The position numbers were made by a program, and so were the translations under genes. The notes below the pieces were generated by a model that made no database searches, was not told where the DNA came from, and saw nothing but the letters and a program-made list of their open reading frames with translations. From Andalucia godoyi And28 (taxonomy: Eukaryota > Protista > Jakobida): a DNA stretch of 64,000 nucleotides. The DNA is taken from positions 1-64,000 of the forward strand of contig VRVR01000053.1 of assembly GCA_009859145.1 (NCBI GenBank), read 5' to 3'. Below, piece by piece: positions 43,309 through 54,630 of the stretch; within the stretch, counting starts at the first letter, position 1; every line of letters begins with the position of its first letter.

Positions 43309-45528
43309 CTACAGCTTGGACGCAGGGCCGTACTTGCGCGCAAACGAGCCTATCGCCCAGATGGGGAAAATGTTTCGGTAGTTCGAATAAGAGATCATGC
43401 AGTTGCGGTTGAAGACACCCGAGATGCGCTCCTGGGGGAAGTCGCCATTCGGCATCTGCCGTCTCATCAACAGTTCGACTCCCTTGCGCATGACGTTCAT
43501 CCCCCCGTCAATCCGGTGGTAGTCAGCTTGCATGAGGGCAAGAAGCGCCCAGGAGGTGTTGAAGATCTGGGACCTCTCCGCCTGCGAATACTCCCACTTC
43601 ACGCAGCTCATATACGTCTCGCCCCATCCGCCGTCCGGCAGCTGCTTTTCAACTAGATACTTGCACGCCTTCCGAATGTGGTCTGACGTGGCGTACGTCT
43701 CACCAGCGGCAATCAGCCCCCAGACACCAAACCAGGTTCCATACGTGAAGCACACCCCCCAAGATCCATACCAGCCACCATCCGGCCGCTGGATGGACTT
43801 GATGAACTTGACACCGTTCTCAATCGATTTGCTGATCTCACGGGTCTTGTGATCGGGATACTGGGCACGGAACGCACACAGTGCCTGGATGGATGCACTC
43901 GTGCACTCCACATAGGAATAGTCAATCATAATGTCCCCGTACACTTCCGAAGGGTTCAGCCACTCAAGAAGCCGAGATCCACGCGTGTTTTCATACGTTG
44001 CCCAACCACCATCAGTGTTTTGCAACGACAAGCTAACGTTGACAGCATCAAACAACCGCTCCTTCTCAATGCGCTTGATCGGCGTGCGCTCCGCATTCGG
44101 ACATCGATCGGAAAGCACAATCGGACAATTTGCATGGATCTTCAGAACTGCCTTCAAGCCCTCGGAGGTGCAGTCCGAGATCGGCCAGCCGTGGTCGCGA
44201 GTCGAAAATGGCCATGCTCCTTTTGAAATGTGCCGATAGTACTTTTCCTTCTCGTCCACATCCTCCGGAACTTGCGAAAGCTCAATGTACGAATATGCCT
44301 TGCGAAGACAGTCAGGAATGACATCGGCACACTGCGCATCCACAATCGCCTGGACGGCAAATGCGGTATCCCAAAGCTGCGATCCGTTGTAGCCTTGCAT
44401 TTTCATACCATCGTCCGACAACCACAGGTAGTCAAACAAACGGTCCACATGCTTCTTAAAATGCTCCGAATTTCCTTCCGCATACCAAACGGAAAGCATA
44501 TTGATCGTCTTGTTCACCGGACCAATGTCGATGAAGCGAGTAGTCTCGTCTTCGTGCTTGATGTGGTCAAGCGTAAACGCCAATGCACGCTGTCGGATCG
44601 CCGACGAATGAATCTTCTCATAAATAGTCACGATGCCTTGGACAAATCGCAGAAACCGTGAGTTCGGGCGGTACATGTCGACCTTTGCGCACCGGGTAGG
44701 ACAATTGTGCCAGTCAATGCTGCTGTACGGCCGAGTGTACAGTTCGGTTCGGAGCAGTTTGATCAACGGCGTCTGCTCGCAAGTGTACTTGCCGCCATAA
44801 ATAAACGACATCGGGAGATACACGACTCGGCAGTGGCACCAAAACTTTGAGGGATGGAAAGGCAAGTATGACGGCAGGTACCACATCTCTGGGGGAAGCG
44901 GATCCAAGCCGACCCATTCGTAAACACCGAGCGTTGCAAGCCAGAACTTGCCCCAGGACGGAATATACTCTGCTCCGCCCAACTTGTGCAGCAACGCACG
45001 CGCCTTGACCATCCAATCCTCATCTGGTGCCGCCCCCAACAGCCGCGCCGCAACATAATTGAGCGAAGTTCCAAACACTGTCGAATGGCTTTCAATGTGC
45101 AGACCCCAGCCACCATCCGAGGCCTGCCGGTTCTTCAAATAGCGCAGCATTTCCCTCACATACGGCGCAGGCAGCTGCGTTTTCGTGATGTAGCACGTCA
45201 TGACGAGTCCCGGCAACAGAAACATTGGTCCACCGTAATCGCCAGCCCAATGGCCATCCGCAGTTTGGATGGTCGCATAGAACTGCGCTGCCGCCCGAGC
45301 AGACTCTGCAGGTGTTGCAAACTCTGGTTTTGCATTCTCATACGTGCAGCTTGGATCATTGGACTTTTTCGTCAACAAATGCTCTTCAATCGTCCGGTTC
45401 AGCTTCAAGGCCTCTTCACGAGCGAGATACTTCCACACTTGCCGGCCCTCGTCAACCTCCAGCGTCCACAGCCCAGCTCCCTCCTCCGTAACTTGGTGCA
45501 ACGGCGCAACGTCACGAGCCAGCGACAT
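43309..45528 (-). CDS. CAS1: Oxidosqualene cyclase, cycloartenol-synthase type
   Basis: DGHWAGDYGGPMFL, WCHCRVVYLPM, GYNGSQLWD, DHGWPISDCTSEG and QW repeats. Start placed at MSLARD. Confidence 0.93.
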   Translation of the reverse strand: MSLARDVAPLHQVTEEGAGLWTLEVDEGRQVWKYLAREEALKLNRTIEEHLLTKKSNDPSCTYENAKPEFATPAESARAAAQFYATIQTADGHWAGDYGGPMFLLPGLVMTCYITKTQLPAPYVREMLRYLKNRQASDGGWGLHIESHSTVFGTSLNYVAARLLGAAPDEDWMVKARALLHKLGGAEYIPSWGKFWLATLGVYEWVGLDPLPPEMWYLPSYLPFHPSKFWCHCRVVYLPMSFIYGGKYTCEQTPLIKLLRTELYTRPYSSIDWHNCPTRCAKVDMYRPNSRFLRFVQGIVTIYEKIHSSAIRQRALAFTLDHIKHEDETTRFIDIGPVNKTINMLSVWYAEGNSEHFKKHVDRLFDYLWLSDDGMKMQGYNGSQLWDTAFAVQAIVDAQCADVIPDCLRKAYSYIELSQVPEDVDEKEKYYRHISKGAWPFSTRDHGWPISDCTSEGLKAVLKIHANCPIVLSDRCPNAERTPIKRIEKERLFDAVNVSLSLQNTDGGWATYENTRGSRLLEWLNPSEVYGDIMIDYSYVECTSASIQALCAFRAQYPDHKTREISKSIENGVKFIKSIQRPDGGWYGSWGVCFTYGTWFGVWGLIAAGETYATSDHIRKACKYLVEKQLPDGGWGETYMSCVKWEYSQAERSQIFNTSWALLALMQADYHRIDGGMNVMRKGVELLMRRQMPNGDFPQERISGVFNRNCMISYSNYRNIFPIWAIGSFARKYGPASKL

Positions 45529-46194
45529 GCTCCCCCTCCTCACTCGGTCCAGCCAGCAAAACAAAAACAAGCAACGGATTCGAATATAAAAAGATGCAAA
45601 ACGAAACGAAACGAAACGAAACGAAGCGAAACATAAGGAATAAATGACGCACTGACAACGCACTGACACTGACAACGCACTGACACCCGTCCAAAACGTA
45701 TTTTTATTCACGGATTTAATGCTCCGTACTACAGTGGATGATTCCTGGCCAATCCCTCCGATGTGTGCAGCGTGTGGACTGCAGTTCTGACGTCTGCAGA
45801 GCCACGAATATTGAAAAAAAAAAATCCTCAAAAAAGCGTGAATGCAGCAGAATGACCGACCACCAACAAGAAAGGCCACGAGAGCATTTACCACTGCTGT
45901 GTTAAACACTGACATGCAAGCCAGGAAAACCGCGCAAGATATTTCCTGCTGTAGATACATGCAAACTGCCCCCTTCTCATTTAATCTACGACCGGTTGCC
46001 CAGTTATCCTGCATTATGGATTCGACGATGGAGGCGGATTCGCGAAAGATCGCTCATTTTTCGTCTATTCCGTTGTTTTCCGCCGTGTTTCTTCAGGCAT
46101 TCATTATTTTGAGGCATACTACATAGATAGCTTCGTGTTTGTTTGTTTGTGATTTTTTAAAAGGAACCTTTCCCTACCCCATCTAAGCGAAGGT

Positions 46195-49100
46195 ATGGAC
46201 GCGGACGACTTGTTCTCGGCTTTTGAAGCTGCGCCCTCCCGGAAGCGTGAGCATGCTGAGATTGCAAATGCGGGGAATGCACTGAGTAATAGCAGTAGCA
46301 GTAGCAGTAGCAGTAGCAGTAGCAGTAACGATAACAGTAACGGTAGCAGTAGTGGGAGCGAGGATGTCGATGCGAAAAGGGCAAAAATAGAAGCCTCCGA
46401 GCCCCCCGCATCGTCGTTGGTGGCGTCGCTGCCGGCGGCACCTGCATTCATGGAGCCGTCTGCTGCAGTTCCCGAGGTGGAAAAGGTAGAAAGTTTGGCG
46501 GACAAGACGGAGACAGCGGCGAAGTCGAGCACTTCACCTCAGGACTCCATCTTGTTTGCAGTGTCTTCGCGGTCGTCGTGTACGCATGATATTGTGGTAC
46601 CTGATGGGTATGTAGGGCCTGATCCGTTTGCGCAGGAGTCGCAGTCTGAAGCAGGGGCTGAGAGACGCCCGCCAGCAAAGACGTATCCTTTTACGCTGGA
46701 TGCATTCCAATCGCGCTCCGTCACTGCTTTGGAAAAGGGCCATTCTGTGTTGGTTTCTGCGCATACGTCAGCTGGAAAGACGGCCGTTGCCGAATACGCA
46801 ATTGCAATGGCTCTGAGAGACAAGCAGCGCGTGGTGTACACATCGCCGATCAAGGCCCTTTCGAATCAAAAGTACCGAGAACTGCAGGAAGAGTTTGGGG
46901 ATGTGGGGCTGATGACAGGTGATGTTACGATCAACCCACACTCATCTTGCTTGGTAATGACCACTGAAATTCTGCGATCTATGCTGTACCGCGGCTCGGA
47001 AATCCTGAGAGAGGTAGCATGGGTTATTTTTGACGAGGTGCACTACATGAGAGATAAGGAACGCGGCGTCGTTTGGGAGGAGACAATGATTCTGCTGCCG
47101 GACACTGTCAAGTACGTTTTCCTGTCTGCAACGATTCCGAATGCCAAGGAGTTTGCACGATGGATAGCCGACATTCACAAGCAGGTTGTGGAAGTCGTGT
47201 ACACGGATTATCGGCCGACTCCTTTGCAGCACTACATCTTCCCTACAGGCGGGGACGGTCTCTATCTCACGGTTGATGAATCAGGAAGGTTCAAAGAAAC
47301 AAACTATCAAAAAGCCATGCAAGTATTGCAAAATGCACCGGGCCAAAAGGCTCGAGACGTCCGTGGTGCGTCTGCAGACGGAAACATGAACTCCAACATG
47401 AATTCATCCGGCTCTGTGAACCGAAGAAACACAAAGCAAACGGGATCGGATGTAAGACTGGTTGTGCAAATGCTGATGGAGCGAAAACTGCAGCCGGTCA
47501 TCGTGTTTTCGTTTTCCAAACGAGAGTGCGAATCGTACGCGCTCGCACTTTCCAAACAAGACTTCAACACTCCGGAAGAAAAATCCTTGGTTCACCAAGT
47601 CTTCACAAATGCGCTTCAGGCGCTCTCCGAAGAAGATCGATCTTTGCCGCAGATTACGTACATGTATCCTTTGCTGAAGCGCGGCATTGGTATCCACCAT
47701 TCGGGTCTTCTGCCCATCCTCAAGGAAATCGTCGAGCTCCTCTTCCAAGATGGACTGCTCAAGGTACTCTTCTCCACAGAAACGTTCTCTATGGGCCTGA
47801 ACATGCCTGCCAGGACTGTCGTCTTCACGTCGATTCGCAAGTGGGACGGCGCGCAGTTCCGATGGATTTCATCGGGCGAGTACATCCAGATGAGTGGTCG
47901 AGCGGGTCGTCGTGGTTTGGACGACCGCGGCCTCGTCGTCCTTCTCGCCGACGAGCCGATGGAGGAGACAGTAATTAAGAACATGATGAGCGGAAAGGCG
48001 GACCCCTTAAATTCGCAGTTCCACTTGTCGTACAACATGTTGCTGAACCTGATGCGTGTCGAACACGTGACGCCCGAGTATCTCATGGTGCGCTCCTTTG
48101 GTCAGTTCCAAAGAAACGCAACCGTGCCGCAGATCACCCTCCAAATTGAAGCGACAACCCAGAAAATGGCGGCGCTCGAAAAAGACTTGGAGCATCTCAG
48201 CAAGGATATAGCACTGCCCCTCGCAGAGGATGTTTTGCCAGTTGCAGCGAACAAGACATTGGCGATCGCTGCAGCGGCCAAAGAGTACGTGAGCATTCGG
48301 TCGCGCATTTCGCAGTACCGATCCCTGATTCAGCAAGCATTCGCGAAGGGAGACGTGATTGGGAAGTTTTTGCATTTAGGCCGCATTGTTGCGCTTGATG
48401 ATTCGCTGGCGTATGCGGTTGTTTTGAAATTCAATGCGAAAGAAGACAAGGTGGACGTCTTTGCACCGGTGCGATCCTTTGCGGAGCTTTTGGACGTGGA
48501 GCGGCTGGATCAGGCATCGCTCGGGGAGGCTCGCATCTTCGTGGTGCCTGTGAACAAGATCCACGCCGTGACTGCATTCAAGCTTCTTGTTCCTCCTGAG
48601 TTGAAGACCAAGGATTCCAGATCACTGTTGCTTGCCCGATTTGTGGAATCCGTTCGCAGATGCCGCTCGGGTTCGCTCGCAGGTTCGACTGCGCCGAAGT
48701 CAATGTACACTGATCAGAAGACGACCATGTCAAAGGATCAAGCACAAACATCACAGCCGCAGGGCTCTGTTGCGATTGGACAAGTCCCTCTGTTGGATGT
48801 CGAAAAGGACATGGGAATCAAGGACGAGCGCGTGTTGGTCTCGCTCGGCAAGCTTCGCGCGCTGGAATCAGATCTTCTGCAGAATCCTATCCACCAAATT
48901 CGCAATGCTGACCAGCAATCTCGTGTTGTGCAGCATGTCAGCGAAATGCTGAAACTCGAAGAAGAAGTCGCGATGCACAAGCGGGAGCTGAAGTCGAGCA
49001 ACTCCATATTGATGCGCGATCAGCTCAAATCGATGAAGCGCGTGATGAAGCGCATGGACTTTGTGAAACTGGAGGAAGATGTGATTACGACGAAAGGACA

Positions 49101-49632
49101 AGTTGCCTGTGAAATCAACACGGGCGATGAATTGCTTCTTACCGAGCTCATCTTGACGGGCTTCTTCGTAAACAAGGATCCTGCAGTGGTTGCTGCACTG
49201 CTGTCGTGCTTTGTGTTTGACGAAAAATCGGGTGATGCTAAGAAACAACAAGCGCTGATGGACAGCCTCGACCCGGAGCTAAAGGATGCGTATGATCAAA
49301 TTCTCGAAGTTGCCAAGCGGATTGCCAAGGTTTCGATCGAGTCTAAAGTCGAGCTCGACGAACAAGAGTATCTCGACACCCTCAGGGCCGGTATGATTCC
49401 CATCGTCCACTCCTGGGCGAAGGGTGTCAAGTTTGCAGAGATTTGCAAAATGACAGACATCTTTGAAGGGTCCATCATTCGCTGCCTGCGACGTCTCGAA
49501 GAGCTTCTTCGCCAGTGTGCAGTTGCATGCAAATGCATTGGCGACGAAGACCTTTCCAACAAGTTCTCCGACGCCGGAACCGCCATTCGCCGCGACATTG
49601 TGTTCGCAGCAAGTTTGTACCTCCAAGGATAA
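46195..49632 (+). CDS. MTR4: Exosome RNA helicase MTR4
   Basis: VSAHTSAGKT, DEVHYM, SATIPNA, STETFSMGLNMPA, QMSGRAGRRG and C-terminal IRRDIVFAASLYL. Confidence 0.95.
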   Translation: MDADDLFSAFEAAPSRKREHAEIANAGNALSNSSSSSSSSSSSSNDNSNGSSSGSEDVDAKRAKIEASEPPASSLVASLPAAPAFMEPSAAVPEVEKVESLADKTETAAKSSTSPQDSILFAVSSRSSCTHDIVVPDGYVGPDPFAQESQSEAGAERRPPAKTYPFTLDAFQSRSVTALEKGHSVLVSAHTSAGKTAVAEYAIAMALRDKQRVVYTSPIKALSNQKYRELQEEFGDVGLMTGDVTINPHSSCLVMTTEILRSMLYRGSEILREVAWVIFDEVHYMRDKERGVVWEETMILLPDTVKYVFLSATIPNAKEFARWIADIHKQVVEVVYTDYRPTPLQHYIFPTGGDGLYLTVDESGRFKETNYQKAMQVLQNAPGQKARDVRGASADGNMNSNMNSSGSVNRRNTKQTGSDVRLVVQMLMERKLQPVIVFSFSKRECESYALALSKQDFNTPEEKSLVHQVFTNALQALSEEDRSLPQITYMYPLLKRGIGIHHSGLLPILKEIVELLFQDGLLKVLFSTETFSMGLNMPARTVVFTSIRKWDGAQFRWISSGEYIQMSGRAGRRGLDDRGLVVLLADEPMEETVIKNMMSGKADPLNSQFHLSYNMLLNLMRVEHVTPEYLMVRSFGQFQRNATVPQITLQIEATTQKMAALEKDLEHLSKDIALPLAEDVLPVAANKTLAIAAAAKEYVSIRSRISQYRSLIQQAFAKGDVIGKFLHLGRIVALDDSLAYAVVLKFNAKEDKVDVFAPVRSFAELLDVERLDQASLGEARIFVVPVNKIHAVTAFKLLVPPELKTKDSRSLLLARFVESVRRCRSGSLAGSTAPKSMYTDQKTTMSKDQAQTSQPQGSVAIGQVPLLDVEKDMGIKDERVLVSLGKLRALESDLLQNPIHQIRNADQQSRVVQHVSEMLKLEEEVAMHKRELKSSNSILMRDQLKSMKRVMKRMDFVKLEEDVITTKGQVACEINTGDELLLTELILTGFFVNKDPAVVAALLSCFVFDEKSGDAKKQQALMDSLDPELKDAYDQILEVAKRIAKVSIESKVELDEQEYLDTLRAGMIPIVHSWAKGVKFAEICKMTDIFEGSIIRCLRRLEELLRQCAVACKCIGDEDLSNKFSDAGTAIRRDIVFAASLYLQG

Positions 49633-49807
49633 TCATAAACACAGTGCAGAATATACAGTGCTCTTTATTTTTGTTTTTATCCTTTCTCTCTCCCTCTCTT
49701 TCCGTATCTCTTTTGTTGTTGTTGTTGTTGTTGTTGTTGACAGTAGTGGTGGTGGTGTTGCTTTTCCCACAACGCCCTGCACAGAAGATTGAATTGGATG
49801 AGAAGTG

Positions 49808-50812
49808 TCAGGCAAGGGAAGGTTGATAGACGTCATAAACATCGACGTGCGCGCCGGATTCAAACGAGTCATCCTTGAGCAGCTTCGCAAGCACTCCGAC
49901 CGTCGTTCGAACGTGCAGTACTGCTCCCTGGTTCTTCATTCCCACAAACGCGGCATGAACATTCCGATCCATCGTTTCGGAATCCAGAATCTGCGACATC
50001 ATGTCCGTATCAAGCGGCCCTGGAGCATAACTCAAGGTCTTCACATCAAACTGGATCGCGTCGTTCTTGGACCACGTCGATGCCTCGACAGCCACCGCTC
50101 GCATTGCCATGTCCCGCGCAGCCTTGACAGTCGAGTACATCCCAAACGACGAGGCCGGCTGCACAGCCAGCAACGTCGAGATGTTGGTGATGCGCACCTG
50201 GACTTCCACCTGGACTTGCTCTTGAATCTGGATCAAGTTCAGCGACGACGACGGGGAGTCACACGACTCGTCGGGAACGACTGGGTCGACAGTCCTTGTT
50301 GAAAACCGAGTTCGGATATAGTGAAGCAGATGCGATGTAATTACCATTGGCGAAGTGACGTTAAGGAGCACATGGGTGTTCCAATCTTGCACACTGTACG
50401 TATCAAAAGGCGCCAAAACACCAACGGACCCCGCGTTCAGCACCAGATCAAACCGCATACGGTGCTCGTGACGATAGTGGCGTTCCTGTTGTTGTTGCTG
50501 TTGTTGTTGTTGTTGTTGTTCTTGTTGCTGTGGTGGTGGTGGTGGTGGTGGATGATCATGGGTGGTCGAGCTGTCGGCGACCCATGCATCCAGCACACGA
50601 TCGATGGAATGCAGGCCTCGTTCGACCGACGCAAGATCGGTGAGATCCAGTGACACGTAGGACTGGCGAGACGACAGCGGACCGACAGACGACTCGGGAA
50701 GCAAGGACCGCGAGATCAGCAGCGTCCGGTCCCATCCGAGCTCTCCTGGAAGCACACGCACCAGTTCTGCTCCAAGTCCACGTGAGCAGCCAAGCACAAT
50801 TCCAATTCTCAT
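49808..50812 (-). CDS. SPR: Sepiapterin-reductase-like SDR
   Basis: GCSRGLG, NAGS, NISTLLAVQP...YSTVKAARDM, YAPGPLDTDM and FESGAHVDVYD. Confidence 0.8.
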   Translation of the reverse strand: MRIGIVLGCSRGLGAELVRVLPGELGWDRTLLISRSLLPESSVGPLSSRQSYVSLDLTDLASVERGLHSIDRVLDAWVADSSTTHDHPPPPPPPQQQEQQQQQQQQQQQERHYRHEHRMRFDLVLNAGSVGVLAPFDTYSVQDWNTHVLLNVTSPMVITSHLLHYIRTRFSTRTVDPVVPDESCDSPSSSLNLIQIQEQVQVEVQVRITNISTLLAVQPASSFGMYSTVKAARDMAMRAVAVEASTWSKNDAIQFDVKTLSYAPGPLDTDMMSQILDSETMDRNVHAAFVGMKNQGAVLHVRTTVGVLAKLLKDDSFESGAHVDVYDVYQPSLA

Positions 50813-51216
50813 TCCTCGTTTGTCTCCTCCGCACAAAAAACCCCTGCCAATCGATTCCACGCTCCAAGTTCCCAACACCTCGGCGCGCACTTTGCCTGCT
50901 CTGGAGAATCAATTCAAGCAAAACAACGCTTAATGGGAACCACTTGTGCTTGGCAACGCTGTCGTTTTTTGTCTGCTTCCAGTTTCTACAACAGAGAAAG
51001 TGTTTTGTCTTTTTGCTCGTTCAAACGCAGGGGATGATTGCATCGCGTCTGGGGGTAGGATGTCTGTGGCACGTATGGTGGCAATAAAATGGGAGGCACT
51101 GGATTTACTTCACCATGACGGATTAGAATACGCAAGTAAAATAGGTCGTGCGGAAGTAGGGAAGGACGGAAGGACGAGAGGAAGGGCACTGAACAACCGA
51201 CAGTGAAAAAGGGTTG

Positions 51217-52134
51217 TTATAGGAAGTAGTCTGGCGTTTTGCGCGTGGACGGCTCTCCTCTTCCCGGAGCGCTTTCGAACTGCAAGAATTGGAAGTTCAT
51301 GCAATCGTCGCACTCCATGATGCATGCCATGTTTCCGCACCGATAGCAGTAGTTTGGCGCAGAGAAGATGGTGACGACATGATCGTGGTGGGTTCTCTGG
51401 AAGCCCTCCATGACGAGCTGATGAGCTCTCGCGATCATTCGAAGGCCGTTCCTGTGGTTGAACTGTCTACTGACGTCTTCTCCAAAGGTGTAGCCTGCGC
51501 CTCTGGGGCTGGCTGCCCACCCGGGCCGCTCGTCCGGGTCGCTCCACAGCAAGTCGCACATTGGACCTTCATGCGGCACCTCCTGTGCGCGATCGAGCTG
51601 GCGCACATCGTCGAGCGCAAGCAGAGCCGGCGAGAGTCCTCCATGCAAGCAGAACACATCCGAGTCGATGATCGCCGTCAATGGCAAATAGTCAAACAGA
51701 TCCGTAAACATCTTCCACACGTTCGGCGACCCGTACTTGCGCACGCACTCGTCGAAGAACCCATAGACCTGCGTGATCTGCCGCGACTCGTGGTTTCCAC
51801 GCAGGATCGTCACCCGCTCGCGAAACCGCAGCTTCATCGCCACGAGCAGTGACACCGTCTCCACCGAATGGTATCCGCGGTCCACATAGTCGCCCATAAA
51901 CAGCAGGTTTACATCAGGGGGTTTCCCACCCACCCGGAACAGCTCAAGCAGGTCGTAAAACTGCCCATGCACATCTCCACACACCGTCACAGGTGATCGC
52001 ACCGGCTGCACATTCGACTCACTCAGCAGCACCTCCTTCGCCTTCTCACACAGCCGCTTGATCGCATCCTCGGGAAGTATCTTGCACTCCAGCAGCGTCG
52101 AGATCCACACATCCAACTCGCTATTCGACACCAT
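51217..52134 (-). CDS. PPP2C: Protein phosphatase 2A catalytic subunit
   Basis: [45 protein letters not shown] and C-terminal TPDYFL. Confidence 0.93.
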   Translation of the reverse strand: MVSNSELDVWISTLLECKILPEDAIKRLCEKAKEVLLSESNVQPVRSPVTVCGDVHGQFYDLLELFRVGGKPPDVNLLFMGDYVDRGYHSVETVSLLVAMKLRFRERVTILRGNHESRQITQVYGFFDECVRKYGSPNVWKMFTDLFDYLPLTAIIDSDVFCLHGGLSPALLALDDVRQLDRAQEVPHEGPMCDLLWSDPDERPGWAASPRGAGYTFGEDVSRQFNHRNGLRMIARAHQLVMEGFQRTHHDHVVTIFSAPNYCYRCGNMACIMECDDCMNFQFLQFESAPGRGEPSTRKTPDYFL

Positions 52135-52172
52135 CCCCCCACCTTGATCTCGATCTCGATCTCTCTCTGTGT

Positions 52173-52209
<37 letters not shown>

Positions 52210-52534
52210 TGTATACACCTTGTGTGGCAAAAGGCAAGATAAAAGAGAGGGGAAAATAGCCGATCGAGGTGGGATTGCAACACAAATGATAATAATACCC
52301 AACACACATACCGTACGTGACACAATGCACTACGGTAGGAAGGAAACAGATGTGAGACTAGGATGTGAGACTAGATGGAGATAGTCGTTAAAACAGCTCC
52401 CGTTATTTTAAATTCTTTTATTGCTCGTGTGTGCGACGTGCATCCTCTTTGCGAGCCCGTAACTCGTTATTTTTGATTCTCAGTTTCTTGTTTGTTTTTT
52501 GAAAATTATCTTTTGAAAGGTGGAGGGAGAGAGA

Positions 52535-54217
52535 ATGGCATCGAGTGGGCTGCAGTGGGATGATACTTCCTTGTCGAGTCTTCGTGCGAGAATCGAGGCG
52601 TCGATGAATTTACAGATTTCTGCTCTGAAACCGTCGATTTCGGTCCCGGCGAGTGGGAGCCTGGGCATGAGTGTGGGGGTGGGGGTGGGGATAGGGGCGG
52701 GGATCAAGAAGAGTGTGAACCGTGTTTGTGCAGACTCGAAGAAGCCACGGCCAGGATCTGCAAAGCCGCGGCCGGTCTCTTCATACGCGAGCTGCAACGG
52801 TCCCACGACGATGACGGGTGCCGGTGTTGGTGCTGGTGCGGGTGCGGGTGCGGATGGAGGTGGAGGGGGCTTGCAGGAGCAAAAGGAACCACTGACAAGT
52901 AGGGTCGTGACTGTAGCAAAGGCGCCTGTGTTTCATGAATTGTCGCGTGGGGAAGCTCGGAAGCGATCCGCTTCCCGCGCTGCGGCCGTCGTCGAGGAAC
53001 GGTCAAATCGGTCTCGATTGCAAAAAGATCGAGTTCGCGAAAAGGAAAAGGAAAAGGACAAGGAGCGGGAAAAGGAAAAGGAAAATCGATCTCCAAACCC
53101 GAATCAGCGTCCGAGTCAGAGTGCAAAGCCAATGACAGTGGCAAGAACGACAACGGCGGCTCCAAAAACGCCGCTTGGAGCTCGGGGACTAAGTTTGGCG
53201 ATGCCGTCAACACCGGGGACGTCGCTGCTGATTGCACCGATGATTTCAAACTTGTACGCAAGACTCGACGAGGGTGCTGGGACGGGCAAGTATGTAAGCA
53301 CGAGAGAGACGGATAGGAATGCGGATCGGCTGGTGACTGCGATCCATTCGTCAATGCGCATGACCCCGTTCGATAAAAAGGTCAATGCGCAGATTGCAAA
53401 ATCAGAAATGAATGGAGTCTCGAGAGCCCTCTTTCTCGACGACATTGTGTCACCCACAAAGCGGCGCACGACCGAGTTCGCAAAATCAGAGACTCTGACA
53501 CAGCAGCAGCAGCAACAACAACAACAACAACTAGAACGAGTGGCAACAACAAGTGTACAGAAGCCGTCGCTGCAAGAAACACAAACTGGGTCGTCTAAAC
53601 TTCCACCACCAGTATCGGCTCCTGTGTCGGTGTTGCACTACCCTACCTGCACACCAGGTCGAGAGCCCCACCCCCCATCATCATCATCGTCATCGTCGTC
53701 AGCACTGGATGTGACGCAGCATCGAACAGAAACATCGTTCTACGTGCCGCAGTCACTGTCGTCAAATCCGCTGTTTGCACAGTATGCAGGGCTGACATCG
53801 CTGACGTCAACGTCGACGTCTTCTGCGTTTGCACTGTCGTCTGTGATTTCCAAACGTGCATTTCTGGATGTCGAAGAGTCGGAGCTTCTCGAGATTGAAG
53901 AAATGCGCATGAAGGACGAGGAAGATGACCTTGAATATGAAATTGCTTGGATGGAAAACCACGGGCACTTTCCGCTCCAGTGTCCTATTAAGAAGTCCAA
54001 ATTCAGCAGACTCGCTGGCTCTGCTGATCGATTGGGGATCCAATCGATCAGCATGAAGGAAGAACTTCAGAGAGAGAAGTTTGCGGCCCCCAACGCCCGT
54101 GTGCAACGACCAGACCACATCACATTGTTTCAAGGATGGGAACGACGTCAGTTCAACGTCGATCCCGTTGGCCAATTCCTCGCTTCTACTGCTTCTACCG
54201 CGTGTTCAAACGTATAG
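52535..54217 (+). CDS. Hypothetical low-complexity protein
   Basis: ORF of about 560 aa with Ser-, Gln- and EK-rich tracts and no recognisable domain. Confidence 0.6.
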   Translation: MASSGLQWDDTSLSSLRARIEASMNLQISALKPSISVPASGSLGMSVGVGVGIGAGIKKSVNRVCADSKKPRPGSAKPRPVSSYASCNGPTTMTGAGVGAGAGAGADGGGGGLQEQKEPLTSRVVTVAKAPVFHELSRGEARKRSASRAAAVVEERSNRSRLQKDRVREKEKEKDKEREKEKENRSPNPNQRPSQSAKPMTVARTTTAAPKTPLGARGLSLAMPSTPGTSLLIAPMISNLYARLDEGAGTGKYVSTRETDRNADRLVTAIHSSMRMTPFDKKVNAQIAKSEMNGVSRALFLDDIVSPTKRRTTEFAKSETLTQQQQQQQQQQLERVATTSVQKPSLQETQTGSSKLPPPVSAPVSVLHYPTCTPGREPHPPSSSSSSSSALDVTQHRTETSFYVPQSLSSNPLFAQYAGLTSLTSTSTSSAFALSSVISKRAFLDVEESELLEIEEMRMKDEEDDLEYEIAWMENHGHFPLQCPIKKSKFSRLAGSADRLGIQSISMKEELQREKFAAPNARVQRPDHITLFQGWERRQFNVDPVGQFLASTASTACSNV

Positions 54218-54630
54218 TGAGTTCTTTTTGCTTTCGCCCCCTTCTACTCGCTGCGTTTTTCATTTTTGTTTGGACACATTCACACTCGCGCCCACACAGG
54301 CGGCCGCGACCAGGCAACACGTATTTTTCTTGCATGACCGCAGTTGCGTAAAATGACCCGTCGCTATCCAGTGAAAGGTAGATCTACACTTTTTATTAGA
54401 CAGCAACACAAAAAGGAAAGAAAGAGGAGAACCAACCCTCTGGATTTCCCTTTCACCAACCAAAACGTGCACTCTTCACACAAGACCAATGAACGGGTGG
54501 GTGAACAACAAGACAGGCGAATAGAACAAGAAAAGCACAGGCAGCAGCAGCAACAACTACTACTGCTACTGCAACAAACAAACAGCAACAACAACAACAA
54601 CAACAACAACAGCAACGAAGGGACTGCTCA

